Source: Octopus vulgaris (Eukaryota). From it: a stretch of DNA of 64,000 nt. A program made the position numbers and the translations under genes. The notes beneath the pieces were generated by a model, which worked only from the letters and a program-made list of their open reading frames with translations, was not told where the DNA came from and ran no database searches. The stretch is from the NCBI GenBank assembly GCA_951406725.2, contig OX597822.1:3038001-3102000 (forward strand), given 5' to 3'. This document shows, piece after piece, positions 26,774-42,662 of the stretch (position 1 is the first letter of the stretch; every line of letters starts with the position of its first letter).

Positions 26774-27171
26774 ACACATACATAAGACATTATTTCTACA
26801 CGCTCATGCACAGATGTACACACACACCCAATCCCGCACACACATACATATATGCAAACAGGCACATACACACGTTAACATGGAGAATGTCTGTGTCTCT
26901 AAGCATGGACTATATACAAATAATATCTGTCCGTTAATATTTAAACTGAAGGAGATTTGCAATCACGGAAAATTTATTAAAAAAGAAAGGTAAAAATGAA
27001 AAGAGTGGTTTTGAATAACGCAAAAGAATACCACAATACTACAACAAAAGAAATTGAAAGAATATATCTTAATATGTGATGAAGTAATAGAAACATCCCT
27101 TAAATGCTTTACGGCTTTATAATAATGAACAAATGTCCCGGCTTTCTTCGTGTGAGTGTATGTATAGGCAG

Positions 27172-27265
<94 letters not shown>

Positions 27266-27572
27266 ATATATATGTGTATCTTTTTGTGTGTATGTATATA
27301 TGTCTGTAAATGCTTATTATTATTATGATTTTTTTTTGTAATCAACCGATGTTGCGCTTTGAAAATATAACAAAAAAAATTAACGATAAACAAAATCCAA
27401 AATGTATATTTGCTTATTTTTCTTTTGTTTACTTCAGTTTTCATTATTTCATCTCCATTTTATTTTCATTTGCCGTCTTCATCTATTTCTATTCATGACT
27501 GTGTGTTTACTTTTTATTCTTATGTGTGTATATATATGTGTGTGTGTGTATATATATATATTTATATATATA

Positions 27573-27662
<90 letters not shown>

Positions 27663-27836
27663 TGTATGTACGTATGTATGTATAAGTATGTATGCATAAA
27701 TATATTTACATATTTATGAATATATATATATATATACATATATGTATATGTATATACATATGTATACATATTTATACATAAATATGTACATAAATATACA
27801 TAGATATATATATATACATATATATGTGTGTGTGTC

Positions 27837-27876
<40 letters not shown>

Positions 27877-28576
27877 TATATATATATGTATATAAGATAC
27901 CGATTCTCTTTGTGCAGTTTTTTCATGTATTTTCAGATTTACCGATCTTGAAAGAAATTCACTATTATTATTATTTTTATTATTAGTAGTAGTAGTATCA
28001 GTATTATCATTGCGCTGGATTAGTTGATTCGGTAAATTGCCTTGTGATTTGTTATCACCTATGTCACTATAGGTTTTGTGTTCAAATTCCATTGAATTTT
28101 TGTCTTTTGTCCCCAGAGAGTGGATAATATGCTAAAGAATTGGTTATACCCATCCCCAAAATTTCTTTTGAATACGTTTATATTTATTTACTTATTAATT
28201 CTCAGAAATTTTTTGCTATTTTTTGCTACTTTCTACTTCATTTGTGCACGAAATTATTTTTCTCCATTTCCGCTTTCCTGCATTCATTTCCTGTTTCGTC
28301 TTTCCCGTTTTATTACATTCTTTTATTTGTTGGTAATTTGATAATTCCCATTGCCACTTCTGATACTTATGTCTTCAATAGCATGAGGTCCATTTTCAGG
28401 ATTCTATATTTATTTATAACATGTATCAAATATGTACGTACAAATGTTTTGGAGCCAGAGCAAGAGGCGTTAAACGTTCTACCATGTCACATATATTATT
28501 ACAAAGACACACACACACACAGAGTTTTTTCCTTCTGTCTATTTACTTGTGATTTCATATATATAATGTGTGTCTT

Positions 28577-28628
<52 letters not shown>

Positions 28629-28882
28629 TGTGTGTGTGTGTGCGTGTGTGTGTACAAAGAGTTAAATGGTTTTGATAATTACGAAATGTTTTAAAAAACT
28701 GTAAACATTTTTCTGCTCACATCCTCAAAAAACAAGCCAAATGATATTCTCTAAGATAGTAGAATTAGATGTAATTAATACTTTTAGTAAGATTGGCTTC
28801 GGAATTTCGCTAATTATGGAGTCTCCGAACACATATTTGCGTTACAACGTAGTCATTACTAATATAAAATATATGTCTATAT

Positions 28883-28963
<81 letters not shown>

Positions 28964-29020
28964 TAGATGGATATATAAATATACATAGATACACACACAG
29001 ATATATATACAAGCACACAA

Positions 29021-29068
<48 letters not shown>

Positions 29069-29335
29069 CATTGTTGTGTATTAAGGCTACTATTGGTTTC
29101 ATGTAAGGAAATATCTCGATAATTTTTCAAGTCAATCACATAAAAAAGTTGTTGAGATATTTCGTAGCATGGAAGCAATGGTAGCCTTAATACGCGAATA
29201 AAGAATGTTTATCAACGAATGTGGTATTGAGCACTCATTTTCATTGTTCAATGTTTACGTATATACGTATAAATATATGTATATATATATTATATATATA
29301 TATATATGATATACATCATATATATATACATAATA

Positions 29336-29371
<36 letters not shown>

Positions 29372-29512
29372 ATATATCATATATATTATATATATATAAT
29401 ATGTATATATATATATATATATATATCATATATGTCACATATATATATATATTTATATATATATCATATATATATAAATATATCATATATATATATATCA
29501 TGTATATATATA

Positions 29513-29568
<56 letters not shown>

Positions 29569-29862
29569 TATATATATATCATATATGTCACGAATTACTA
29601 TTTCTTGCCTCTCCCTGTATTTTCAATGATATGTATGTCATATTGCTAATATTCTTCTTTTTATATTAAAAAAAAAAGCTCAAAATAGTAACTAAGTTGA
29701 CAAAAAAAAAACATAAATCAGTCGAGTAGCAATCAAATAAGAAGTAAAAAAAAGAATACTTGTTAACACTTGATAATTATAACCGGTGTGGATATGTTTG
29801 TGGATGGTAACTGATGAAGCAAGCTGTATAATATAATCAACAAATGTCATTAACAAATGATA

Positions 29863-29897
<35 letters not shown>

Positions 29898-29992
29898 ATA
29901 GTAGTGTTGGCGGTAATGAGCATGCCGATGCTGATGATAACAGTGGTATTTGTGAATATATGATGTTCATCATGATTTTGATATTAATGACG

Positions 29993-30049
<57 letters not shown>

Positions 30050-30256
30050 GTTATTATTATTATTATTACTAAAAATAATAATAATGCAGATGGTAACTCA
30101 TATTTTAAGCGATCAGTTGATTTTGTTGTTGATAATAATAAAACGAATACAATAATTATTTCTACTTCTCGTACGTGGCCAGCAAATTTGATGGGAGGGT
30201 CGAATCGATTACGTTGGTCCCAGTGCTTATCTAGTACCTAATTTATCAACTCGAAC

Positions 30257-30325
<69 letters not shown>

Positions 30326-30335
30326 TAACAATAAC

Positions 30336-30410
<75 letters not shown>

Positions 30411-31057
30411 AATGATAATAATGACGATGATGATGGTGATAACAATAATCAGAAGAATGATAATAATAATGATAATAAAATGAGAAACACTCAGAACTGA
30501 TACCTGTTCTGCAGTTAAAGTGCGCAATAAAATATAACAAATGAAAATTAGCATTTTTCCACATTAAATCCTTATTTATTAACAATTTCCCCTCCTCTTC
30601 CTTCTTCGTCTTGTTTGAGCCGATCATTTGATTGATCTATTGATTCGACCTGCTTGCTGATCTTTTTGATCTGCTCATAAGATACAAATGTTGATTTGTT
30701 CGAACTGCTTATGGTCTAAGCTGCTGATTTTTCGCTCTGAATTAATATATATAGAATGCTTTGTTATACTGATATCCCTTAACTAAAAGACAAAAACAAA
30801 AAAAGCCATGCGTGTCTCAATAAGATGAACTGAGAAAAATATATCGATCCTCAAACTTAGCCTCAGACAAGTGGACGAAAGCAGTAAAATAATAATTCGC
30901 CACGACTTTGAACAAAAAGAAGCAGTCAATTTGGCTCAAGCAGAAATGCTGAACGAATATATATTTAAATTGCAATTTTATAACACGATTATTTTTTAGA
31001 TGTAATGATAAGGATAAAGGACATTGCCAATAGCATCGATGACGATGACAACAGCAA

Positions 31058-31115
<58 letters not shown>

Positions 31116-31203
31116 ATGAGGGGATATTATTCCAAACTTACAGCGAAAATTTTGATTTAGAAATACTAAATCAAATTTCACAAAATATTATATATATATA
31201 TAT

Positions 31204-31405
31204 AAATTAGAAAAAAGCACCTTTTATCAATTCAATAATGAAAAATTAAATTATACCATTTAGAAAAATCACATCTTATAGAAAGATTAAATATATGATA
31301 AAACATATAACAATGATTAAGTAAAGTGCAAAATAAGGAATAAAACGTATGGTATAATTAACTTTATATTATTGAATTGATGAAAGGTGTTTTTTTTTCT
31401 AATTT
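31204..31405. mobile_element. Small AT-rich foldback/MITE within (TA)n
   Basis: Arms AAATTAGAAAAAAGCACCTTTTATCAATTCAATAAT..TTATACCAT / ATGGTATAA..ATTATTGAATTGATGAAAGGTGTTTTTTTTTCTAATTT. Confidence 0.7.
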
Positions 31406-31577
31406 ATATATATATATAGAGAGAGAGAGAGAGGAGGGGTTTCACAACATATTTTAAAAAAAGAAAATTCTTTGAGAATTTTATCTTTTGTCCATGATAT
31501 AACTCTCAGACCATTTTCTTTTTTTTTTAATATTCATATAGATTATATATGTTGTGAGGTGAGCATGTACGTTCATA

Positions 31578-32384
31578 CTGGCTGTCCCAGAATTAATGGT
31601 CCATTTCAATGTAATCGGACAAAAAAAAAAGGAAAAGAAAAAACTGACAGAATTTTATGTTTATTATTTACTTATGACACCAAAACAAATATATTTATAA
31701 ATCTTAAGTCAAAACATTTTGGAAAACTTTCAACATGTACTCCGTCTGTATCTCTGGAAATTTCAGGTCCATGCTGAGCGTTGCGAAACACATTTTGAAG
31801 CATTTCAGAAGTTTATCTTCCACACTGCTAAGTAAATGCATTCTTTACGTTCAGCTAAAATATCGCTCCGTCCTGAGGATGGAGGGAGAGAGAATGATTG
31901 CAGCCAGATTAAAAATAATCCGCCGTGGACAGCTGAGCGGGATCCAACGGAATGAAAATAAAATTATAAAAGATATAAAATGATAAACAACATTTTTTTA
32001 ATTGATACACGTTTAACGCATGTTAAATATATATTGTTCGATCTCACTAAAATAGTTAGTACTCAGACTTACTCCCCGGCAATAAACGGTTTGCGATCCA
32101 ACTGCCGCACACCGGGGCCGCTGCGGACGGGCTCCGGTGCGGGTCGAATGGAAGTGGGGCCGGTTTCGGGCGGAGGCGGTGGTGGCCAGCGACTAAGGCA
32201 GCAGACGAGAGGGGCAGCGGCGATGGGCGGGCCCGCTGCAGCTTTTAGACTCGCCCGGCGCCCTATGCGTCGGTGGTCGCCTCCTGCTCCTCCTTTCGAA
32301 ACGGCTGCGACGAACTGCGTCCGGACTGCGGTCAACGAGCGAGTGCTATGACTGTGGTTAAATAGTTAAATCTGGAACACCCTG
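31578..32384 (-). mobile_element. Tc1/mariner remnant: TA-flanked degenerate TIRs, transposase C-terminal relic and GC-rich interior
   Basis: TA|CTGGCTGTCCCAGAATTAA versus reverse complement of the right end CAGGGTGTTCCAGATTTAA (15/19 match), also followed by TA. Minus strand ~31720-31812 reads TSEMLQNVFRNAQHGPEISRDTDGVHVESF, resembling the mariner-type transposase end (..EML..V....R...C....G.H.E). Confidence 0.65.
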
Positions 32385-32790
32385 TATATAATTACAAACG
32401 AAAGAAGATCACTCAGATCACTCCATACATTGCGTAGAGTTTAAATTGATTGAGAGTTAGTTGCGGATACATACGTTAACATGTGCGCTCGTTCGCCTCT
32501 CGGCGTTGTTCATTCAGTGTGCAAAAACCGTGTCAAAGCCGATAGGCTACATCGAAACCTGTACTTATTTGTTTGAAAACTCTTCTACTGACGTTGATGA
32601 ATAAAACGCGCTTGGATGTAATTTGAAACCCGTCTATTGAAATATTTAACTGAAAATATAAATCTTTCTATTAAGCATCTGTGCAACACTCCTATCACCG
32701 AAATGCTATAATAACCGAGTCTAGACCAATTCCGTGCGAAGCAAATAATCTGCAGGAATTTTATTGCTGATTCTACAATTGACATGATTT

Positions 32791-33225
32791 GGATCTTTTC
32801 GGTTTGACCGGCAGTTTTTTCTAGTGGTGTCATATGAAATTGTCACCCATAATTATGACCCTAGTATCGATCTATTGCATTTCAATATGTTTTAGGGTTA
32901 GGGTTGGTTAGGGTTAGGGTTAGGGTTAGGGTTAGGGGTGGTGAAAGGATATCTTTTTTTCTTCACAAATGTAAATAAACCCAATCTGTTTCTTAAACGA
33001 GGGACATATTCATACGACACAGAATGTTTTTTACCTCAATAGACGTCAGTGATTTGTTGAAATTGCAGAAATTGAAGAAAAAACATCTTACAAACAATAG
33101 AATTTTCTCAATAAAGCCAAGAAGAAAAGATGTTTTATAAACACATTCTACCAGTATACGAAGTTTAAAATTTTTTAGTTACCTAGAAATTATGTTAAAC
33201 ACTGTCGTTCAAACCGAAAAGAGCC
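32791..33225. mobile_element. TIR MITE (copy 3) with TTAGGG tract
   Basis: Same TIRs and body; TTAGGG repeats at ~32892-32937. Confidence 0.9.
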
Positions 33226-34689
33226 AATATCTGCGTGGTCATTAAATATGCTGAAAATAGCAAATAAGATGTCTTACTCTGTAAGGAGACGTTACATAAA
33301 TTATCTCTAAATACATCGTTGGCATGCGGCAGTATTTTACTTAGTGGTGTATCGGAGATCAGATAAGTAAGTAGTATATTCCGTATGGAAGGATTAAGAA
33401 AAACGCCATAAATTAAATATAATTTAACTATTGGAAAACAACTTCTTACCTGTTTTATCTTTTCTATAATCGTACCTGTGATTGACAAAATGATGGTGAA
33501 CACGTTTTCCAAGCCACTTAAATATCTTGTAGATTTTCTAAATATTGTATTGACTTAAAAATCTGCAACCCATCTTTTGCGAAGCACTAAGATATATATT
33601 CTGTTCAGAATTGCCAGAACTATTATTGTGCAGAACCGAGCTAAGCAACATTGAAATTTATTCTAACTTACAACTGTTTCGACCTTTAAATTTCATCAAA
33701 TTATTCTTTTTTCCTTTAAATGTTCAGTTAGGAAGAACGTCGGTGCACATATTACTTTACGGAGCTTCTGAGACGTTTGAAAGGGAGGAGAGAGAAAGGA
33801 AAATATTCTGGAGGTGAGGACCTGGCCCGAACGCTGGCAACAGAGAGGGAAAGATCAGAGTTAGGGTCAGGTGACAGTTTTATAGCATAGAGCGTATAGA
33901 GTCTATCGTCCAAGTAGACTTAATTCGTTGCCTGGTGTAACTACAGACAACGGATTTTGAACTCCAGACAACGGATTTTGAACTCCAGACGCAAAGAGCC
34001 AAGACGTCAGATGTAAACAAACAATAAGATCGAAGATGAAAAAATGTGTAATGGGCATATATGCCATAATTTGGGAGTTTTTTCTCCTTCATCTGACCCA
34101 TTAATCATCCATGAACTCATTGCTAAGTATACTATTGAAAATTAGATGATTTTGATATAACGGGGCATAGCAGAGTAGGGATCTAACTGTTTCGAAGTCG
34201 CATCAGTTTTATGGCATGATATTAAAAGATAAAATCACGAACGTTTAGACCACAATTATATCACTATACATTTATTTATGACTGAGACGGTTATCACCTG
34301 TCATTCTTACAGTCTTTCGGGAGGAATTGTTTCGGCCGATCATCCGATTAGAATTTTCAGCCAAATTCTCTCAACACAAACCCTACCTCCTAATAAAGGG
34401 AAGGAGGTATTAGATAAAGTGTAATGTAGATAAAAGACGGGATGATCGCCGCAGGGAAGCTTTTGATTATAGGATGACCTGGTGTTGATAACAAAAAATA
34501 ACTACAACGTAATTCTGGTTCCTATCCTATAAAGACAGACTGTACTGCATGTGTGTTTGTGTGCGAAAGAGAGAGAGAGAGAGATTAACACAAGAAATGT
34601 AGGAAGGGAATGTAAGCAAAGATTTCAGAGATACCAATATAATTATAAAGTTGATGATGATATTAATAATAATAATAATAACAACAATG

Positions 34690-34738
<49 letters not shown>

Positions 34739-36056
34739 TGATGATGATGATAATAATAATTCTTTCTACTGGAAGCTCAAGGACTCAAATTTTGGGAAAG
34801 GGTTAAGTCGATTACATCGACCCCAGTGGATAACTGGTACCTATTTAATCGACCCCGTAAAGATGAAAGGCAAGATACAACGTCGGCGAAATTTGAAGTC
34901 AGAACATAAAAGACAGATGAAATGCTGCTAAGCTTTTTGCCCGCACTGTTAACGATTCTGCCAAGGTCGCCGCCCTAATAATAATAATAACAACAACAAC
35001 AACAACAACAACAATAATAATAATGACAATAATAATAATAACAATAATAATAATAACAATAATAATCCTTTCTACTATAGGCACAAAACTGAAATTTTGA
35101 AGGTAAGACGCTAGTTGATTACATCAACCACAGTGCAAAGCAGAGTTGACGCCGGTGGTATTTCAAGTGAGAACGTAAAGGTAGACGAAATATCGCTAAG
35201 CATTTTGTCCGTCGTTCTAATGGTCTGCCATTACAATACTAATAATAATGATGATGATGATGATCCACAACAAAAGCAACAAATTTCGTTTTTTTCTGAC
35301 TTAAGCACAAAACCAGAAAAATTGAAATATTGACCACGAAAGAGTGAAAAGAAATTTTGACCTCGACTTGACTTGAACTCAGAAGGCAAAAAGTCGAAAG
35401 TAATACCACAAGATTTTCCCCTCCGAGGCTCTAACGATTCTGCCACTGAAGTTAATAATGGTGATGACGTTGGTGTTGATGATGGTGATAATGAAAATCA
35501 TAATAATAGCTTCAAATTTTGGAATAAGGTCTACAATTTAAGGGGCAGGGGTTAATAGATAATATCTACTCCAGTACTTGACTGGTACTGTATCTTATGG
35601 AATTCGAAAGAATGAATGGTAAATCTGGTCTCGGTGGGATTTGAACTCAGAACGTAATAGCTGAGCATTTTGTCCCACATGCTAAGGACGCTGGTAATTT
35701 TCTGCTCTTTTCTCCGCTGTTCGAACCAGACGTGGCTATTTTAAAAAATGAATTATTACTTACAATTACGACATAGAAGGTTGTGGAAAAAGAGTTTGGA
35801 ATAATAAATTCGATTATCTGTTTGGAGATTGAAAGTATATTAAACACACACACACACACACATATACACACATACACACAGACACACGCATATATAAATG
35901 TATGTATATCTATATGCCTTTATATATATATATATAGATAATGTATATATAATAGATATATATAATATATATAAAATATATATGTGTAATATATATATAG
36001 TTATATAATATATATATACAATATAATATATATATAATATATATATAATATATATA

Positions 36057-36565
<509 letters not shown>

Positions 36566-36689
36566 ATATATGTATGTATATATATAAGGCAAACTGGAAA
36601 TAAATTGAGATAGAGATCCTCAAATAAAACTGGCCTAAATGTCTCTCCTCACTGGACATCGACATGAAACTTCAAAAATTCATGTCTGA

Positions 36690-37288
36690 AGGAGGTAAAA
36701 TATGCCCTATTCATAAAGGAGGTAGCAGAGCGGAGGCCAAGAACTACAGACCTATCTCTCTGACCTCGCACATCAGCAAGGTCACGGAACGAATAGTCAG
36801 AAGGAAACTAATCGCCTTCGTTGAAGAAAATGACTTACTGCCTGACACCCAACATGGTTTCCGACCAGGAAGAAGCTACCTAACACTTACAACACTATGA
36901 CTGGGTGCTGAAACAATTGCTCAATCACTCAAATGTGGAAGTGATATATCTCGACTTTGCAAAGGATTTTGATAAAGTTGATTATGGAATGATATGTCAC
37001 AAAGTGCGTGATCTCGGCATAGTTGGAAAATTGGGAGAATGACTTCATTACTTCCTGAAGGATAGAAGTCTGGTGGTAGTAGCCAATGGGGCCACCTCCA
37101 TTAATACGCAAATAGTGAACGGTGTTTCACAAGGCCCTGTTTTGGGACCACTACTGTTCATAATGTTCTCTCAGAAATGCCCTCAGCCACGCAGAGAGCC
37201 ACGATTACAAGTTATGCAGATGATACAAACGTCTCGCAGATAATCCGGAACCCTGAAGACAGTATGCACCTACAATGTGAGCTGGATG

Positions 37289-37292
<4 letters not shown>
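36690..37292 (+). pseudogene. Reverse-transcriptase fragment of a CR1-group LINE (frameshifts, stop)
   Basis: PIHKGG..NYRPISLTSHISK..QHGFRPGRS / IYLDFAKDFDKV / GVSQGPVLGPLLF / SYADDT motifs. Confidence 0.9.
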
Positions 37293-37344
<52 letters not shown>

Positions 37345-40300
37345 ATATATATGTAATATATATATTATATATAAAATATTTATATATATATAATATATAT
37401 ATCAAATATAGATATATAACATATATATATAATATAGATATATAATATATATATATTATATATATTAATATATAGATATATATATATGTGTGTGTGTGTG
37501 TGTATGTATGTATATATATATGTTGATCAAACTATGTTACCAATTTCAGTCAGTTGTAAAACGATTTAGTCCTGCTTTACAAAAAAGTATTACTAAATCG
37601 TTATATTAGATTAATCTTTCATGAAATCAGTTCTGTGAGAGTCAGACGCGTTTTTCTCTCAAAAGTCACGTGGTACTGGTAATTGCATTCCTTTACAACG
37701 CCGACGCGCGCATCCTTACCTTTATATATATATGCGTGTATATGTATATATGAGTATGTGTAAACTGAAATTTTGATTTCTCTGTAGGTTAACGATAACT
37801 GAAGCTATTCTTAGTTCCATAGTTTATTTAAAGTAAACCTGAATGATTGGGTTAAGCGCAGTGAGCTAGCTTAAGTGGATTCCACAGGCTTTAGAGTTGT
37901 GAATGGTTTAATAGTGTTGGATTGAGAGAAATAGTGTGCTGACACATAATATCTTACGGTATCTAGTTCCATATGTATGTGCTCTGGTTTCAAACATGCC
38001 ACCTTCCGTCGCGATGAAATAAGTAACAGACAAATACTGGGACGATACATTGATTATGGCTTCGCTTACATTCCCCTATTTGGAGTATTATACTTACGAT
38101 AGAAATTCATGGAGTTTTATGAATTAGCCACAAGATTATTTTCTATTTGAACCATAACAGGCCCCCTTGAGAAGTACTACCATCCTAGACGAGAACAGAA
38201 CGGCGAGTGATAGTGATGAAGGGGTAAGTCTATGCTCTTCAAACCGTCTGGCCATCCGTAGCCTCACCACCGAACGAAATTTAATCTCATGCCTAGAACA
38301 ACCGCTTTTAGAAATCTGATACCATATTTGTCAAACTTTCTTCTTCCTGTGTTCTTTTTAATGTTACTGTTTTTACAACACTCCATACACTTCCACCACC
38401 ACCCCACCCATTATTAGCGTAGACACGCTAATCACAATTGGCAATTTTAACGGAAGGAATATTACTCTAGATATAATGTTAAACCCGGTGAAACCTTTTA
38501 GGAGTTATCATGTGATAATATTACTAAGATTGTTAACTCTGCTTATCTTCAACTATTTTATACTGCTGACTGGATCTGTTAAGTATCGAACTTGCAATAA
38601 TCCCATTCGACTCCAGGATTTCGCAGGAACGTTTGTTTTGGAGTTGCTCTCATTTGAAGACTAATCATATTGCATTGAGCTGCTGCTCTTCAAAGCCAAG
38701 ATTGGATCTAAGAGGATTAAATACCGTTGGCTATAAATACGACCTACTACAGAATACCAGGTACGAACAGTAAGCCTGTTGGTTTGCACTCCAACATGTT
38801 AGCATCTCGTCTTTCCGTAACTTCCATAAATTACTTAGATAATTCGCATCAACATAGTTAAGAGTTTAATAAAAAAACAAACAATACATATTATTTATGG
38901 AGGGTGAGTTAAACGTCTGGCTTTCATCCACAGGAAAATATGAATAAAATAATGTACCGCTAATGCATTGAGGTTGCGGAAATGGAAGATACTCTTCTTT
39001 TCGCGGTTGTTTAAATATGTATCAGACATTTACTGAGATAAGTATAAAATCGACTGTATCGTTTCTTCAAAATGTATGGCCTTGTGCCAATATTAAGAAT
39101 TACTATATTGATTGACAGAGCGTTATTTAATTACAGATCTTCACGTCCTGAATTCAGATCACGCCGGAACAGTCGAAATCATTCACTTTTGAGAGGTCGA
39201 TAAAATAGTACGTTACTCAAACGCCGAGGAATATTTAATTGGCTGTACTCTTACTGCAAAATCTGTGGTGTAGTAGGAATAGAAAGGGGGTAAATTTTGA
39301 TTAGCAGATTTCTTGTCGTATTTATTTGTGTCTTTCTCCACACATTTATTTTTACCTTCATTCATCTGATAATCGATCAGTTCCCTAACACTTTTCCTTA
39401 GCTATTTCTGCCCTTGTATCAAAGTGAGAGATTTTCATTTTGAAGACGGAAAACCAATGTCTGAGATGGTAAGGTATCGGACCAATTGATTTGTCTATTA
39501 AATGTTTAGTTACTTTCGTCTATGTTCAAATCCTACCGGTGTATGTTTTGTCTTTCATCCAAATCGATAACATACGTAGCATTCAAACATTAAGATCGAT
39601 TCGCCGTTAAATATCTAGTAAATATCTATCCGGAATATATGTGATGTAAGGAATATAGCCATGTGTAATAGAAGAAATATGTATGTATATACATATATAT
39701 TTTTTCTATCGCACATGTATGTATGTGTACAAGGAATTAAAGATTATGTGATCAAAGGCATATAGGCGTATGTGATACAAAACAGTGATTTGGAAGCTTT
39801 TCTTTACTATAGTCTGAGAGAAGTAATATCTCCACCTAAAGAAATAATATCATACTTAAAGATCAAAAGGTTCATTTTAAAATAAATTTTTTTTCTATAA
39901 ATCGAACGCCATAGAGTACTGAGGGTGAATAAACCATCTATAAAAACAAACAGCTTTTGATTCAATGCATAAAACATAAAAATAAATGGAGCGTTTACAA
40001 AAGGAAAACAAAAAAGAGAAGCCGTGAAACCAGTCACAAATGTGAACATTAAATTAAATCACTTCATTTTTCACATTTCTCAGTAATGATATTCACAAAA
40101 CAGTGAATCGCTCTGAATCCGCTGGAAAGGTTGCAGATGACAATACGTGATTTACAGGTTTCTCAGTGAATTCTAGCGATTCTTTTAATTCTTGATCGAA
40201 AAAAAAAACAAAAGAACCGAAGCCAAATTCATACAAATATATAGCTGCAAGCGAATTGACAACATGTTCTTCATAATAATCCCTTGAGGGTTAAATCTAA

Positions 40301-40786
40301 ATCTATGTAAAGTATCAAGATTCTTTGCAAGCTTAATAGGATAAAGTTATTTCGATAAAGTTATTCTGCAAACTGATTTTAATGAAGTATATAATTTAAA
40401 AAATAATTATAAAAAAAAAAGCAGGCAACATGTCGGCAATCGGTTTCCTGTTCTGACATTGCGTCACGTGTTTGTGTGTGAATGACCATACAATATGAAC
40501 TCTGAAATAACGTAATCCACCTAAATATAAGTAGATATACCACAACGTGAGAATAATCCGTCTCGATAAGGAGTGCCAGTAATTCCAATTTCACAAACGA
40601 TACATTTTATTGTAGTGAATAATACAATATCGTTGTCCCCTGTGAGTGAAAACAAATCTTCTCGTCATAGACGAGCGGCCCGTCCAGGAAAAATACTACT
40701 TTCTCACCAGTTTAAACGTATGAAAACAAGAGACAAACAGCATCTCGTGTGAATCGTTATGATTAAGGAGACGTAATAATAATAAC

Positions 40787-40848
<62 letters not shown>

Positions 40849-40956
40849 TGATGATGATGATGATGATAATTAAAACAAACAAGTGAACTATTATTATTAT
40901 TATTGTTATTATTATTATTATTGTTATTATTATTATTATTGTTATTATTATTATTA

Positions 40957-41089
<133 letters not shown>

Positions 41090-41151
41090 CATATATTCTG
41101 CTCATAAAAAGTTGAACATGAAGAACTTTGAAATAATTTCGTCAATCATGA

Positions 41152-41205
<54 letters not shown>

Positions 41206-41210
<5 letters not shown>

Positions 41211-41560
41211 AAGAGTCTCCCAGACAATGTATACTCAAAAACACATGGGTGGACAGAGTAGGATGCGGAGCCACATTCGTATATTTTGAATTCGTTAGCA
41301 CTGGATGTCGAAGATGGTTTGTCTGAGGTTACTCAAATCAGATGGGTATGTTCGATTTTTGTGCTCTCAAATTTAATTTTAATGAAAGCTCTGTGCTGAT
41401 GACGGGAATGTTAGAATAGGGATGTATTTCTAGCATCGCTATATCTGACTAATCCAGAAACGCGTTCAAGTAATCTAATTTCGAGTGAACTTTCGTTATT
41501 TTTCCCTCTATGCCTACGTGAATTGTTTTTGAGTATACATTGTCTGAGAGAATCTTCTTA
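41206..41560. mobile_element. Foldback/MITE-like element with ~37-bp TIRs and an internal hammerhead-like core
   Basis: TIRs TAAGAAGAGTCTCCCAGACAATGTATACTCAAAAACA / TGTTTTTGAGTATACATTGTCTGAGAGAATCTTCTTA. Internal CTGATGA (41396) ... GAAACGCGTT (41457-66). Abuts (TA)n. Confidence 0.7.
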
Positions 41561-41659
41561 TGGTAGAGGAAATAGCTGAAATTCTTTGACTGCTATTTCT
41601 AAAAGTTCGGTGTGTGGTAAAGCAATTTTTTTTGCTGAACCCTAATTATATAAAGTAAT

Positions 41660-41752
<93 letters not shown>

Positions 41753-42011
41753 CATGTAAATATACATACACTTGCACACGTACACGAACACACACACGTG
41801 CGCACACACATACACACACAAACGACATGTAATATATGGAATTGTTAATCCCGGTGCCATCTTATCTGTACATATGTATATACGAATATATATTTATTGT
41901 CTTATAGAGGCAATGTGTGTGTGTGTGTATGTGTGTACGTATGTATGTATATATATGTACATAAATATGTATATTATTATTATTATCATTATTATTATTA
42001 TTATAATAATA

Positions 42012-42077
<66 letters not shown>

Positions 42078-42627
42078 GTGAGAGAGCAGTTCATGCCATC
42101 AAAGTGACACTGGGGTAAAATATACGAAGCCCAATATACCCATCATGACTACCCGTCTGATAAAGGTACACCAGGCACATGCATCACAACCATATGTGCG
42201 CGACATGGTGATCTCATATCAAGATAAACAGCACATGACCTTGCAGGTGGGGCCCAGTTAGAATTTTCTTCAGGTTGAGTAGCCCATCCTGCTCAAACGG
42301 TCCCTGAATAAGGGTTGTTTAAGGATGTTGAAAGAACCACCCATGTTTCCAGAGGTGAACTATTCAAACCCCAAAGAATCCCTCTCAACACATGGCTATG
42401 ATGCTCCCACTACTTCTGCTCGTGATCAGAGATGCACATATCGTCAGCCACTAAGGACATGCTCAACTGGTTAAGGTCAAACAACTGACAAGCAAATCTG
42501 TGGTATTGAGCAGAATATTTGCTGTAGCCCATCTTTTATACCAAGACAAAACAATGTACATGATAACACTTCCAATCAGTTAAGATCAGAAGCCATGAGA
42601 ACCACTGCCTGGTACTGCATCAGGGCA

Positions 42628-42630
<3 letters not shown>
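42078..42630 (-). mobile_element. ~550-bp (AAT)n-targeted element (copy 3)
   Basis: GTGAGAGAGCAG...CATCAGGGCATTT between (TAT)n tracts. Confidence 0.85.

Positions 42631-42662
<32 letters not shown>

Noticed and set aside
32892-32942. TTAGGG run as a true telomere or chromosome-fusion scar
   Set aside because: Internal to a MITE present three times in the window
33945-33990. 21-bp direct repeat (CAGACAACGGATTTTGAACTC x2)
   Set aside because: Simple local tandem duplication with no spacers, so not CRISPR-like; the DNA is eukaryotic
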